64,000 bases of DNA. Source: Pelagomonas calceolata. Lineage: Eukaryota. The stretch is taken from positions 3,286,001 through 3,350,000 of the forward strand of contig CAKKNE010000006.1 of assembly GCA_918797485.1 (NCBI GenBank). The letters run 5' to 3'. This document shows, piece after piece, positions 42,708 through 53,785 of this stretch. The position numbers were made by a program, and so were the translations under genes. The notes under the pieces are model-generated. The model saw only the letters and a list, made by a program, of their open reading frames with translations. It was not told the origin of the DNA and did no database searches. Each line of letters starts with the position of its first letter. The first letter of the stretch is position 1.

Positions 42708-45700
42708 CTAGCCCGGGCCTGGCGCGGCGTACCCAGCCGGGACCGCGGTAGGATTCCAGTGTTGGACCGACGTCGCGGTGTAGCCCGGGAGCGGCCAGAC
42801 CCGCCCCCGCGCGTTCAGGACGGACGAGAAGTCCCGCGTGAGTTTGGCCAAATACGGGTGGGGCGGTCCAATCTCGAACGCCAGCGCCTCCGGCGTGAAG
42901 GACGCGTTCACCGCGTACGGCGCGACGCGCACGACCCTCCCTTGTAATTCGTGCGCCCACATCCCCGGCGTGTCGTCCACGATCGCTAGACGATCGTCCG
43001 CGATCAGCGACAGCGACAGGTCCGCCGGCAACGACTTCTGGGGCATCCCCGTCTCCCTATATCTTTGTCGAGCTTCCGCGTCGATGACCGTGACAGGCAG
43101 GTCCCGCCAGATCAAGGATATCGCCGAGTAGTAGGCGGCGTTCCCGATATTGGCAGAAGCTAAGCCATCGAGGTGGTCCGCGATGGCCCTGATGACGCCC
43201 GCGCCCTCCAAGTTCATCGTCACGATCCTCAAATCCACGTTGCCCGCGTTCCGCAGCGCCCAGATTAAATCTGACGCGCCCTTGCGCACGGCCACCATCA
43301 GATCCAAACCCTGGTCCTCGTGGTTTTGCGACGCCTGGAGCCTGCAGACGCCCTCCGCGAGCATGTCGGCGTTGCCCGGAAAAACCTTGGAAGGGAGCAC
43401 GTGCACTAAAGTTTGATCTAAATCCAACAAAACGACGTTGCGCCGCACGGCGGGGTGGTGTTGGAGCACCGGCGCAGTTTCCGTGGTGGGTTCCTCCGGC
43501 CCGGCCCAGCCCTGGGCGTTATTTGCCAATGGTAACCTATTGGGATTGGACGGCGCGAGGCTCCCGGTCAGCACGAGGGCAGGACTGCCAGGGGCGAGCT
43601 TCTTGATCCCGGTGCCATACGAGTACGTCTGGGGGAACGCCGTCTCCGTCGCTGGCCCGCCGGGGCCGTACGCGCCCGCGTCCTCGGGCGCCCGGAAGTC
43701 GTCTCCATGTTGTTCGCGGCCGACCACGACCACGCGCCCATTACCCTTGCCGCCCGGCGCGTGGGCCCATCTTAACTTGTCGCCACCAAACTGCGTGATC
43801 GTTCGCTTGATGCCCGTGCCCTTGCACTTCTTCGCGCGGTGCCCCGGACACGCGTCGTGGAACTCCGTCATAAACGTGGGATCGATGCCATCTCTATTAT
43901 TCGCGACGAGCCAGTCGTACAAGGCGTCCACCAAACGCTGGCCCGGTAACCTATTGTCGCCGGGGACCGGCGCCGCCGGCGCGGCGCCCATGCCCGCGGG
44001 CCCGTAGGTGCCCGCGGCCACCGCGGCGTTGCCGTCCGGGCCGTACGTCGGCACGACGCCCGCCGCCGCCTTTTTCAGATAGGCGGCCGTGTGCGGCAGG
44101 CCCGTCGCCGGGTTCAGGCCGCCGGCGGCCGCCGCCGCCGCCGCGCCGGGCAGGAAGGGCGCCGGGATGCTCGTGCTCAGCTCCCGGTGGCCCAGGGGCC
44201 CCGAGAGGGCGTCCGTCGGCCAGCCAGTTGGTGGCGGCGCGCATGCCTCGATCGTGTGCGGCAGGCCCGTCTTCGCCGATTGGCCGGCGAGCGTCTGCGT
44301 CACGTCCTCGATGCACGCATCAATAGCCTCGGGCGCGCCCGTGAACGCGATGCGCCTCCTTCTATTACAGCCAAGAGTCGAGGGCTCGTCGCGGTCCGCT
44401 ATTCTAGTCTGCGTGTTTCCGTACAAACGCCGCAGCCTATCTAAGTTCGACCCCTTGCCGCCGACAATCAACCCCACGACGACGCTTGGCACCGAGACGA
44501 CCCTCAACACCTCGCCGATATTCGTATCCGGCGCGCGCGGGAACGTCTTCGGGCCCCAGCCACTGTCGTCGCCGTCCTTCTCCGTTGAAGCCGGCTGCAG
44601 CCGGGCCCAGCCCACCGTTTGTAAGCTGGGCGGTTCTGCGGAAGGGACGACGGGCGCCGCGCCGCCCGGACCATAAGTCTCCGAGGCGATGGGGCCGTAA
44701 CTACCAGAGGCGCCGACCTGAGTCGTAGTTCCCGCGTCGCCGGGGCCATAGGCGGCCAAGAACGGGCCCTCGACGGGCGGCGAGAACTTCGACTTCTTGC
44801 GGCGGGCCTTGTCCTTCTGGCGCAGCATGCGCCGCTCGTGCGCCGAGCCCTCGGCCGGCGCGGCGCGCGGCGACCGCTCGCGCTTGGGGATGCGGGCGGC
44901 GCCCGCCGGCGGCGGCGCGTAGCTCGCGAGGCCGGCGAGGCCGCCGCGCGCCGGCGCCGGCGGCGCGTGGCTCCCGAGGCCGCCGAGGCCGCCGCTCCGC
45001 GCCGGCTGCGCGGCTGCCGGCGCGGCCGTGGCGCCGCCTGGTGGCGCGTAGCTTCCTAAGCCGCCGAGGCCGCCGCTCCGTGCTGGCGCCGGCGGCGCAC
45101 ATCTCGCGACAATGATCTCGCTACCATCTACGAGGCCGAGGCTCGCTGGCGTCTCGTTGCCCGTGAGCGCCGGCGAGCTGAGATTACCAACCGAGAAGTG
45201 CAGCGCATCCACTTCGAAGCCTTTGCGCGTCGCATGGGCCTTGAACAATTCACGCAATGCCGCCGTCGAATTCACCACGCAGGTCTCCTCTTCGAGAGCG
45301 CGGGGGCCGAGGACCTGAATTGTAATACGACCCGGCGCCGGCGCGCCGTAGCTTCCTAAGCCGCCGAGGCCGCCGCGCTGCGCCGGCGCCGGCGCCGCGG
45401 CGTCCGCCGCGGCCGCCTGCAGCGCCTTCGCCGAGACCTTCTTCGCCCGCTTCCGCGCCCGCGGGTCCGCGGCCGGCGGCGCGGCGGCCCGCGGCTTCTG
45501 GCCCTCACCGCGCGCGGCGGCCCAGAAGGCAGCGTCGGGCGGCGGCGCCATCGGCGGCAGCCCGGGTGCCAGCCCCAGCGCCTTGCTCTGCGCGTCGGTG
45601 CCCCAGAAGGCAGCGTCGGGCGGCGCCTTCCCGAGGGGCGTTTTGGGCGGCTTCGCGCTGAATCCGTACGGCGGTGCCCCACCCGGCGTCGGTCGGCCTG

Positions 45701-46433
45701 ACAGCGCGACTGTCGCCGCCGGGGTCGCCTTCGGGCGCGGGATCGGCGCGGCGGCGGCCGCCGGGGCCGGCGCGCGCGCGCTGGGCCGCACTGGCGCGGC
45801 GAACGACGCCGCGAGGGGCGGCGGGCCCGGCGCTGGTGCCGGCGCGGGCGCCGGTTTCGGCGTCTTGCGCGGGACGCACTCGAGCGCGGCCTCCTCCTCC
45901 TTCGGCGGCGGCCGCGGCGGCGGCGACGGCCGCTTCTTGACGGGCGCGGGCGCCGCGGCCGCGGCCGCCTTCGACGCGACCTTCTTCGGCCGCGGCGCCG
46001 GCGCCGGCGCGGAAGCCCAGACGGCCTCGGCCCGCGCGAGCGCCTGCTCGCCGACGGACGACGCCTTCTTGGCCTTCTTCTTCGGGCGGGGCTGCGATGG
46101 CGGCGCGGCCGCGACGGGCGCCGGCCGCTCCGACGCCTTCACGGGCGCGGGCGCGGCGTCGTCCTCCTCGTCGAAGAGGGCATCGACGCTCGCCGCGGGC
46201 GCCGGCGCCGGCGCCGCAACGACAGCGGGCCCGCGCCGCGTGACCCAGCCCTCGACGTCACGACGCTTGTGCCACTGGTGGTCGACGACGGCCCTATCTC
46301 TCGGATCCACCCAAGCCACGCAATACATCCCTTTGTCGTCGGGGCCGCGCGTCACCGTGCCGGGCCAGGGCGCGTTGCCGTAGCCCGAGAATTTTCTGGA
46401 GACGGCCGAGCCCAGCAAGGAGTCGGCCTCCAT
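42708..46433 (-). CDS. Multidomain protein: Tudor-like, SUMO-like, KH and FCP1/SCP-type HAD phosphatase domains
   Basis: Likely start MEADSLLG at 46433; 'ETPASLGLVDGSEI' (SUMO-like), 'VGLIVGGKGSNL' (KH GxxG), 'LLDLDQTLVH' and 'IVDDTPGMW' (FCP1-like). Confidence 0.7.
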   Translation of the reverse strand: MEADSLLGSAVSRKFSGYGNAPWPGTVTRGPDDKGMYCVAWVDPRDRAVVDHQWHKRRDVEGWVTRRGPAVVAAPAPAPAASVDALFDEEDDAAPAPVKASERPAPVAAAPPSQPRPKKKAKKASSVGEQALARAEAVWASAPAPAPRPKKVASKAAAAAAPAPVKKRPSPPPRPPPKEEEAALECVPRKTPKPAPAPAPAPGPPPLAASFAAPVRPSARAPAPAAAAAPIPRPKATPAATVALSGRPTPGGAPPYGFSAKPPKTPLGKAPPDAAFWGTDAQSKALGLAPGLPPMAPPPDAAFWAAARGEGQKPRAAAPPAADPRARKRAKKVSAKALQAAAADAAAPAPAQRGGLGGLGSYGAPAPGRITIQVLGPRALEEETCVVNSTAALRELFKAHATRKGFEVDALHFSVGNLSSPALTGNETPASLGLVDGSEIIVARCAPPAPARSGGLGGLGSYAPPGGATAAPAAAQPARSGGLGGLGSHAPPAPARGGLAGLASYAPPPAGAARIPKRERSPRAAPAEGSAHERRMLRQKDKARRKKSKFSPPVEGPFLAAYGPGDAGTTTQVGASGSYGPIASETYGPGGAAPVVPSAEPPSLQTVGWARLQPASTEKDGDDSGWGPKTFPRAPDTNIGEVLRVVSVPSVVVGLIVGGKGSNLDRLRRLYGNTQTRIADRDEPSTLGCNRRRRIAFTGAPEAIDACIEDVTQTLAGQSAKTGLPHTIEACAPPPTGWPTDALSGPLGHRELSTSIPAPFLPGAAAAAAAGGLNPATGLPHTAAYLKKAAAGVVPTYGPDGNAAVAAGTYGPAGMGAAPAAPVPGDNRLPGQRLVDALYDWLVANNRDGIDPTFMTEFHDACPGHRAKKCKGTGIKRTITQFGGDKLRWAHAPGGKGNGRVVVVGREQHGDDFRAPEDAGAYGPGGPATETAFPQTYSYGTGIKKLAPGSPALVLTGSLAPSNPNRLPLANNAQGWAGPEEPTTETAPVLQHHPAVRRNVVLLDLDQTLVHVLPSKVFPGNADMLAEGVCRLQASQNHEDQGLDLMVAVRKGASDLIWALRNAGNVDLRIVTMNLEGAGVIRAIADHLDGLASANIGNAAYYSAISLIWRDLPVTVIDAEARQRYRETGMPQKSLPADLSLSLIADDRLAIVDDTPGMWAHELQGRVVRVAPYAVNASFTPEALAFEIGPPHPYLAKLTRDFSSVLNARGRVWPLPGYTATSVQHWNPTAVPAGYAAPGPG

Positions 46434-46830
46434 TTTTAAGGGGTGCGGAGTTCGCCTCCGAGCGCCGGTCGCGCGGAGTCGGCCTCCAGGCGGGCGAAGT
46501 TTTCCTTCGGGGCCGTGGAGCTGCCTCCGGCGATCGGCGCGCGGAGTCAAACGCGCTGACGGACGTCGCGCGCGGAGTTTCACTCCGGCGACTGGTTAGG
46601 TCCTGTTCGCAGCGGGAGTACACTCCCACGCCTTGATCCAGCTGCTGAACGCTGGGTATCGCTGTCTGGAGTTAACCTCCAATCTTTACAGGTTTTCCGC
46701 GTCCGTTGCGCGCGTTCAGAACTGTTTTTGTGGCCCGCTGGCGCGATTATTTTTTTCGAGCTTAGCGGCTTGTAAGACACTAGGAAACAAAAACCGAGAG
46801 TCTATCACGTACAATCATTACACAGGCGCC

Positions 46831-48333
46831 TCACTCATCCGGCGTATCGACGCGCCGAGCGGCCACCAGGTCCTCCTCGTCGAAGGACCCCAGGAACCGG
46901 GGAGCCGTCGCTCTAGCTCGCGTCGCCAGCGCCTCGGCGTGCCAGGGCGCCACCGACCGCCCAATTGTCGGCGAGGCGACGGCGGCCTCATCCAACAGCC
47001 CTTCCACATCACCGGAAGACGCTGGCACGTCGCCGAAGACGTGCTCCCGTAAAAATCTCTCGACGCGCTGGGACACACCCCTAGGCCGCACGGAGTTGTG
47101 CGTCCCGGGGCACACGCAGAGCTCAGCTTTTGGGAGTGCCGCATGCACGGCGTGCGAGTGTGCTGGCGGTACTAAAGCATCATCAAGAGCACACAGTACC
47201 AATGTAGGACACGCACACTCGCGCGCGTGCCTCTCGATGTCGACATCATAGATATCAAAACCAGCGCGCCTTCGAACAGCACCCCTTACCAGTCGCAACG
47301 CCCCGATCGACGCGACGCGCGCGGCGCCGTTGAGTTCGGAGCCACCGAGAGCGGATTGCACGACATCTAAAGCAAGCTGCCGTAGCGATTGGAAGGGCGA
47401 GTCGAGTATTAACGCTACTACATTGGGATCCCTTGTAGCAGCGTACAACAACGCCGTCGCCGCGCCCATACTGCGCCCCCACAACGTCACTTGCCCGCAG
47501 TCCTCCGCATCAATAACTGCTCTCACATCGTCCCGTTCCCGCCACCCGAGCGTCGTGTGCTCGCCACCACTCAAACCAGACCCGGCGCAGTCCAACGCGA
47601 TGACCTGGAACCCCATTTGTAGACATGGGCCGAGCACCGACAGCGCTTCCAACCTACACCCTGCATTCGCGTGTACGTACAGTAAAGTCTTCCTGTCCCT
47701 GTCCTCCACTCCGCGCCACACCGAATACCGCACGACCTCGCCTCTTTGATTCGCTGTCGTGGCGTCCTGCCGTCTATACGCTTTCCCACCAAAAGGAAAA
47801 GCTCGCGGACCGAGCTGCGACATGTCGTACCGCGCGCGCGGCGGCCGCACGAAGGCCTGCACGGCCTGCTCGAAGGCCTGGCGCGTCTTCTTGAGCGTCG
47901 AGGCGTCCTCATCTATGTCACCGTCCGAGTCCTCCTCGGAGATGGCTGTCGTAATTTGGTCGAGCTCGTCGGCGGTTTCGTATTGGGACGGCGTCGTCAA
48001 TTGCGCCACGGCGCGCCACCAGTTGATTTTGGCTTCCAAGGTCTCGAAGCGGAGGAGTAGTGCGGCGTCGTCGTCGCGTGGTTGGATCCTCACCAGTAGG
48101 TGGGGCTCGCCCGTCAGTTCGACGCTGTCGAGGCTCGCTCGATAAATGGGCGTGGATCGGTTGCCTTCTGGGTAGATTAGTAGTGCCGGCCTCGGGCCCC
48201 TTTGGACGACGACGACGCGCCTCAGCTCCCGCGCCAGTGCTTTATCGATTCGCGCTTGTAACACGTCGGTGCGCCAGGGCGGCAGGGCCGGGTCGCCGCG
48301 CTGCTCGGCGACGTCGTAGCACTGGCAGAACAT
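46831..48333 (-). CDS. Alpha/beta hydrolase (YqkD-like) with N-terminal PH-like domain
   Basis: 'VRPPRARY', 'LDCAGSGLSGGE..TLGWRERDD', 'WGRSMGA', 'GTHNSVRP'; likely start MFCQC at 48333. Confidence 0.8.
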   Translation of the reverse strand: MFCQCYDVAEQRGDPALPPWRTDVLQARIDKALARELRRVVVVQRGPRPALLIYPEGNRSTPIYRASLDSVELTGEPHLLVRIQPRDDDAALLLRFETLEAKINWWRAVAQLTTPSQYETADELDQITTAISEEDSDGDIDEDASTLKKTRQAFEQAVQAFVRPPRARYDMSQLGPRAFPFGGKAYRRQDATTANQRGEVVRYSVWRGVEDRDRKTLLYVHANAGCRLEALSVLGPCLQMGFQVIALDCAGSGLSGGEHTTLGWRERDDVRAVIDAEDCGQVTLWGRSMGAATALLYAATRDPNVVALILDSPFQSLRQLALDVVQSALGGSELNGAARVASIGALRLVRGAVRRRAGFDIYDVDIERHARECACPTLVLCALDDALVPPAHSHAVHAALPKAELCVCPGTHNSVRPRGVSQRVERFLREHVFGDVPASSGDVEGLLDEAAVASPTIGRSVAPWHAEALATRARATAPRFLGSFDEEDLVAARRVDTPDE

Positions 48334-48893
48334 CTTTTTTTGCGCTCGCGCGTCGTCGGCGTCGCGCGTATTCAAATGAATGCGAGAGTCTCTTGGCCTG
48401 TCCGGAGTGTAGGGCTGTGCTGCGCGGGTAGCAGCCGAGGAAATCAATACAGCTATGGAAAATGCTTCGCCGGCAGTCGCTACCGCTGCGAAACGAGCCA
48501 GCCGGGCTCCGCGCGGCGCGAATTTCGACTCTGCTGTCTGCCTGCCCAGCTTGGCCGACGCGAAGCAAGGCGTCAAGCGCCAACTGTAGCTCTCCAACGC
48601 GTCGGGCTGGACCACTACGAGGTCGCACTCGCGAAACAAAGCATGCCCAAAAAGCGACAAAATCAGCCCACGTACCATCGCATTGGCATCGATAGCGCCG
48701 CCATAACTGCATCCCGGAGGATACAGAGCTGCGAAACGGAGCACTGTGAAGCCTATACCACGAATTGAGTCGCTTGCTTGCATTGAGAGCAGCAGCGACT
48801 AGTACCACTTGCAAGACAGCAGCAGCCATATTTGCTTGCAAAAAGGCAGCCGCCAGACGACACAAGCCACCAGCAGCCCTACGCAACGCAACC

Positions 48894-49637
48894 ATGAAGT
48901 ACTACCCCCAGTACAACAATTTCGTGACATGGCCCGCCATGTTGATCCCGCCGGCGGTTTATGTGGTCGTCGCCGTCCTGGCAAGTAGGAGTGTCACCCC
49001 GGGCAAGCCGGTATTACCGGCAGGACTACTCAAAAACGTTTTGAGAGTATACAACGTCGTGCAGATCGTGCTCTGCACCTACATGACTTGGGGATTACTA
49101 CCCGTCGTCCAACCCCCGAACATCTTCGGCATCTCTACGGAATTCGACGCCCGAGGCGAGTGGTTCATCTTCGTGCACTACCTTTCCAAATTCCTCGACT
49201 GGTTCGACACCTTTTTTATTATCGTGAAGGGCAACGCGAAGAAGCAGTTATCTTTCTTACACGTCTACCACCACTCGTCGATTGGGCTCATGTGGGGTAT
49301 TCTACTCATGTACGACAACGCGGGCGGGACGGCGCGCTACGGCGCCATGATCAATAGTGTGACGCATGTCCTGATGTACTCCCACTACCTCTGGACGTCT
49401 TTTGGAAGAAAGAACCCCTTCAAGGCACTTTTGACCAAATGGCAAATCGCGCAATTCTACTCGTGTTTTGTTCATGCGGTGCTCGTGCTGACGGGCGTCT
49501 GGATCGTCGAGACGCAGCTCAAGCTCGAGCTGGCCTGGCTCCAGTTCTGCTACCACATCACGATGGTCTACCTCTTCACGTTCAAGATGGCGTGGATCCC
49601 CAAAATTTATATCGACCTCGAGGACAAGTCCGCTTAA
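48894..49637 (+). CDS. Fatty acid elongase (ELO/GNS1/SUR4 family)
   Basis: 'SKFLDWFDT', 'QLSFLHVYHH', 'NSVTHVLMYSHY', 'TKWQIAQF'. Confidence 0.92.
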   Translation: MKYYPQYNNFVTWPAMLIPPAVYVVVAVLASRSVTPGKPVLPAGLLKNVLRVYNVVQIVLCTYMTWGLLPVVQPPNIFGISTEFDARGEWFIFVHYLSKFLDWFDTFFIIVKGNAKKQLSFLHVYHHSSIGLMWGILLMYDNAGGTARYGAMINSVTHVLMYSHYLWTSFGRKNPFKALLTKWQIAQFYSCFVHAVLVLTGVWIVETQLKLELAWLQFCYHITMVYLFTFKMAWIPKIYIDLEDKSA

Positions 49638-49727
49638 TTTTTATTAATATTACTACATATACACACCCGTCGAGTCGATGGCGTCGGAGTGGACGCGATG
49701 ACTTGCGCTGCCGCGTCACACAAAAGT

Positions 49728-51211
49728 TCACGACAGGAAGTCGTCGTCGTCGGCGTAGGCCTCCGCCAGCGCCGCGGCCGTCGTGCGCGCCGTCAGCGTC
49801 GTCGTCACCACGACCAACAGCACGCCCGCTATGAGTAAAACGGCGTCCTCCGCCACCGGGAGGCCGTTGCGCTTTGCCAACAACAAATGTACCAAAGGAG
49901 GCAGCGCAAATGATAAAGTGCACACCGCGACGGCGCCCACTAAACCGACGACCAAGGCGAAGGCCGGCATGGCGTAGGCGACGAGCGCCGCGGCGACGGC
50001 GACGAGGCCTCTTACCACAAGCCGACGGCACCGCGGGATCCGCGCCTCGACGATCTCGCCGCAGCCCACCAAACCAATAGGAATCGACGCCACGCAGGCC
50101 GCGGCCATGGCCAACCGTACCAAAGTAGGAGTAACCCCCATGGGGAGGGCGTCCAAGACGTTGCCGGGCACCGAGTCGTCTGGTGCTGGCCCATCATAAA
50201 GTCGGGCCACGCCGGCGCCCACGATCACGTACGCCGCGAACGCCGTAAACAAAGCGACTCTTTGTGCTGCGGCAAAGCGCTCGGGAGCGGCCATCGATGC
50301 TTCCAAATGCAGCGCCACGGGCGCGACCTGTGTGCACCCGACAAGTCCTCACTAAGTCATTTCTCGGCGATGACGCGGCCGTCCTGGCTCGGTCGAGCGG
50401 TGAAGAACCGGCATCGGCACGCCATCGAGCAGGCGTCGCGTCGATGGCGTGGAGGACGACGCGAAGATTCAGCACGAACGCGCCGTAAAATTTTGATTTC
50501 CACACAGGTCGCGACGCCGAAACAAAAGGCCATCACTCCCACCGCGGCCCCCACATCAGCGACGGAGTCGGGCTTCGTCCAGTCGAAGGTGCCGCTCTGC
50601 GCCCATCCCAATCTTTCCCTTCTCAAAACGCCGTAGAGCGCGATGGCCGCGAGCGAGCAGGCGAGGGCTACCAACGCAGCAGCTCCCGCGGCCGCGAGCG
50701 AGCCGAAGTCGTCGACCAACGCGAGCGGTACGGCGGCCGCGGCGGCCAGCGCGACGTCGACGCCGAGCGGCAGTGCTAAGGGAGTAGCTCTCACGAAGTC
50801 GTGGAGCGCTACTAAATATGCCACAGCTACGCCAAACATCAAAACGAAGAAGACGGCCTCGACGACGCCCGCGACCGCCGCGCCACAGACCTCGCGGGTC
50901 AGCGCCGCGAGCGGGGACTCGCCGCCGCCTTCGTTAAATCGACGCAGCGCATCGGCGTCGAGGAGGTCGCGCGCCTGGATGAGCCGGCGCCCCGCCCAAT
51001 CATTCCACGCCAACAACGCGAGCAGCGCCAGTGCGCATGGCAATACGCCTCCGGTCGAGAATGCGTGCGGCACAGCGAGCACGCCTGTACCGATACAAAA
51101 CTTTAGCATCGTCGTCACAGCCCCGAGAAATGACGTGTTGCCCGTCTTGCTCCCGCTGCCGGCGAGTGGCAGGGTCTCGCTGGGTCTACGCGAGCCGAGT
51201 GGTTCCGGCAT
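49728..51211 (-). CDS. Amino acid transporter (AAAP/SLC36-38 family); complement(join(49728..50327,50516..51211))
   Basis: 'LKFCIGTGVLAVPHAF', 'LVVGLVGAV..CTLSFALPPL'; splicing gives FCFG|VAPVALHLEASM. Confidence 0.85.
50328..50507 (+). mobile_element. Introner element copy 5, antisense to host gene (GT-AG intron 50515->50328, 188 nt, phase 0)
   Basis: TSD ggcgcgac (50320-50327) / gtcgcgac (50508-50515); right TIR intact; left TIR shortened to ctgtgtg by a deletion. Confidence 0.92.
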
Positions 51212-51494
51212 TGCTGCAGCCTCGTCTTTGAGCACGAGTGGTTGCAAAATGTAGGGCACTGTAGCGAGAAAGCTGTTGTCACACCAGCAGGCTGCAACAC
51301 AACGAGGCGAAGAGTAATGTGGTGGCTGGGCGGCCTAGCATTACCTAAGCAATGTGTGTCAAAAACGCGACGAGTGAAAACGCGAAGAGCAGGGAGCTAG
51401 CGTCTGTGTAAGACACTAGCAATCATTCACATCTCTCCTTTGTACCTCTATTTCGTACCCTTACGAAGAAGACCGCAACAAAAAAAGACACTTT

Positions 51495-53348
51495 CTAGTA
51501 CTTACCCTCCCGCCCCGTCATCGCGAACACGCTCGCGCCGGGTTTCCGGCCGTGCGCGTAGGCCCACGGCACATACGTGTCCGCCATGTTCACGGCGCAC
51601 GGCTTCACTTGATAGGGCCCGGCGTGCCGCGGGTTCGCGTTCAGGTCCGCGGGGTTCGGCGCCGTGACGTGCAGAGGCGACGGCGTGAAGGACGGCGGCA
51701 TGAACGTTCCACCGCAGATGCTATCATACGTCGCGTTCTCGCCCCGAATCGCCGTGGCGAAGGTCGCAGATGCACCCACGGCCTTGGCTTTCACGTCCTT
51801 GCGAGCTTTGACCCGTGCGATAGCATTTGCAGTGCTATCGTCCATGACCTCCGACACCGTTGCCAAAGAAGCTCGCTCCAGCGACGTGCTCCTTGCTTCT
51901 CGTATTTCCGAAGCTCTCTGACGGGTATACTTCTGGGCCTCCATGCGCGCGGGCCCTCGTCCCGGATAGTGTACTCGTAAGTCATACACGGGACCCGGAC
52001 TGACAATGTCCTTGATCGGTCGATGCAGCCCCAGACCCGGCTCCTTCGCTTGCGCTCCACATTTTTCATCGGGAAGAGCAAAGATCGTCACGCGCTCATC
52101 CGTCAGGAACCGTTGTTGGCCCGCTTTTGCAGGTCTAAAAGGAAAATCGACTTGATTCGGGACCTTCGCCAGGTACTTCGCGTCGGTCTTTTTCATCGTT
52201 ATGAGTGCCTTGCCGGGCGTCGGGGGTTGGACCTTCACAACAGGAGCGAAGGCTCGAGCGATTTTGATCTCGTGGTCGGTGTGCGTACTATCGCAAAAAG
52301 ACGGCTCAAAGTCCGTGAAGGACATCGTCTTGCCGAACAGACTATGCGTATAGGTGGAAGGTTGCTTTTTTGGTTTTTTGAACATGACTCCGGGTTTGGA
52401 GATACATCTCGTAGGACCGGGCATCCCGGGACCGCGGTCCGTCATCCTACTAAATGGTAAACCTTTGACGTCCTCGCCCATGAAGTTCCCGTGGGGCTGC
52501 ACGAAGTCATCACTGGTGGTAGGACCGGGCGTCACGATGGGCATCTTGTTCGGGTCCCAGCAGCACCGTCCCGTACTAAACGTATGGGCCGATACATAAC
52601 CCTTGAACACATCTCGCCCGCGAAGGTCGTCGGAGTGCCAGGGTACGGCGCGATTTTTGGTCCAAATATCGGTATGGGGAAACCTCTTGAGGGGGGCTTT
52701 ATCACTTAAAGTTCGTCCGTGGAACTCCCGCGGTGGCTTGTTGAGCAGTCGGTCACCCGCCAACCGCTTGGCCAATCGTCGCGCACTCGCTTCGCGTGTG
52801 GCAGACTCGCGCATCATCTTGTCGCCGCGCGCGTCATGATACGACTCCCCAATGATCGCGCCATCTTCAATATGCCAAAAGTCGGCCTTGTCCGGCGGAT
52901 CCCGGTAAGGTACTTTTTCTACCACTAAAGCTCTTTTAGCGATCGTAGAAGCCAGGCCATCCTCCAATAATTTAGCCGCGGCCTCCAACCTGTCGCGAGG
53001 ACACTTGTCCATGACGGCTTCGGCGAGCTGCGGCATCCAGGGCCCCTGGACGTCTGACCACGCTCCAGCGAGCACTTTCAAGGCATCCTTCAAACCAACC
53101 GCATCCTGGGCCTTCTCGCACTCGTTCAGCAAAGTCTGGGCACCGGCAGGCGGCGTGAAGGCCGGCTGCGGCTTTGCTGGAGGTGGCGCGTCCCACATCC
53201 TTTTTGTGGCAGTGCCCGGCGTCCGCGTCATCGTCGAGCGGCTCCGGTCCCAGGCGACATCCTCGAGGTCGGCCTCCCTCCTGCCGTCCGTGTCGCAGCG
53301 GCCCGCGCCGAGGTAGCCCTTGCGGAGCGCTTGCACGATGTTGCTCAT
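51495..53348 (-). CDS. Hypothetical protein with PGP-type motifs (possibly ODF3/SHIPPO-like, ciliary)
   Basis: 617-aa ORF from ATG; 'TPGPT', 'SPGPVYD', 'AGPYQV' motifs. Confidence 0.5.
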   Translation of the reverse strand: MSNIVQALRKGYLGAGRCDTDGRREADLEDVAWDRSRSTMTRTPGTATKRMWDAPPPAKPQPAFTPPAGAQTLLNECEKAQDAVGLKDALKVLAGAWSDVQGPWMPQLAEAVMDKCPRDRLEAAAKLLEDGLASTIAKRALVVEKVPYRDPPDKADFWHIEDGAIIGESYHDARGDKMMRESATREASARRLAKRLAGDRLLNKPPREFHGRTLSDKAPLKRFPHTDIWTKNRAVPWHSDDLRGRDVFKGYVSAHTFSTGRCCWDPNKMPIVTPGPTTSDDFVQPHGNFMGEDVKGLPFSRMTDRGPGMPGPTRCISKPGVMFKKPKKQPSTYTHSLFGKTMSFTDFEPSFCDSTHTDHEIKIARAFAPVVKVQPPTPGKALITMKKTDAKYLAKVPNQVDFPFRPAKAGQQRFLTDERVTIFALPDEKCGAQAKEPGLGLHRPIKDIVSPGPVYDLRVHYPGRGPARMEAQKYTRQRASEIREARSTSLERASLATVSEVMDDSTANAIARVKARKDVKAKAVGASATFATAIRGENATYDSICGGTFMPPSFTPSPLHVTAPNPADLNANPRHAGPYQVKPCAVNMADTYVPWAYAHGRKPGASVFAMTGREGKY

Positions 53349-53785
53349 ATTGCTCTGCCCTTGGCTCTGGGTCGGTGCGACCGCAGCCCTTCGGGCAGCT
53401 TTGCAACGGCTGCGCGACGGCGTATGCGCTCGTGCGGCGAACGGCTGCCCTTTTGACCGCTGTCGCGCGCCCAGCGCGATGCCTCGGAGACCGCGTTGGG
53501 CTCGGCGGCCGAGCGCTACTAGGCTGGTCGACGGACAGGCCTCCCGGCCGCCCCTCCACGACTAGAGACGTCCCGGGGCAGCCCCGGCACGCCGTAGCGA
53601 GCGCCCACGGAGCCGTGCGGGTCGCGGAGCATTTCGAATGCCAGCCAGCCGAAAACTGGGCAGCCACGCGCACACCGCCGCGCACGATACGGCAGCACTA
53701 CGCCAGCCGCCGACACATACAGCCACCAGCGCGCCAGCAACGAGCAGCCGCACCAACCCCACCGGCAAATCAAACCAAACCAACC

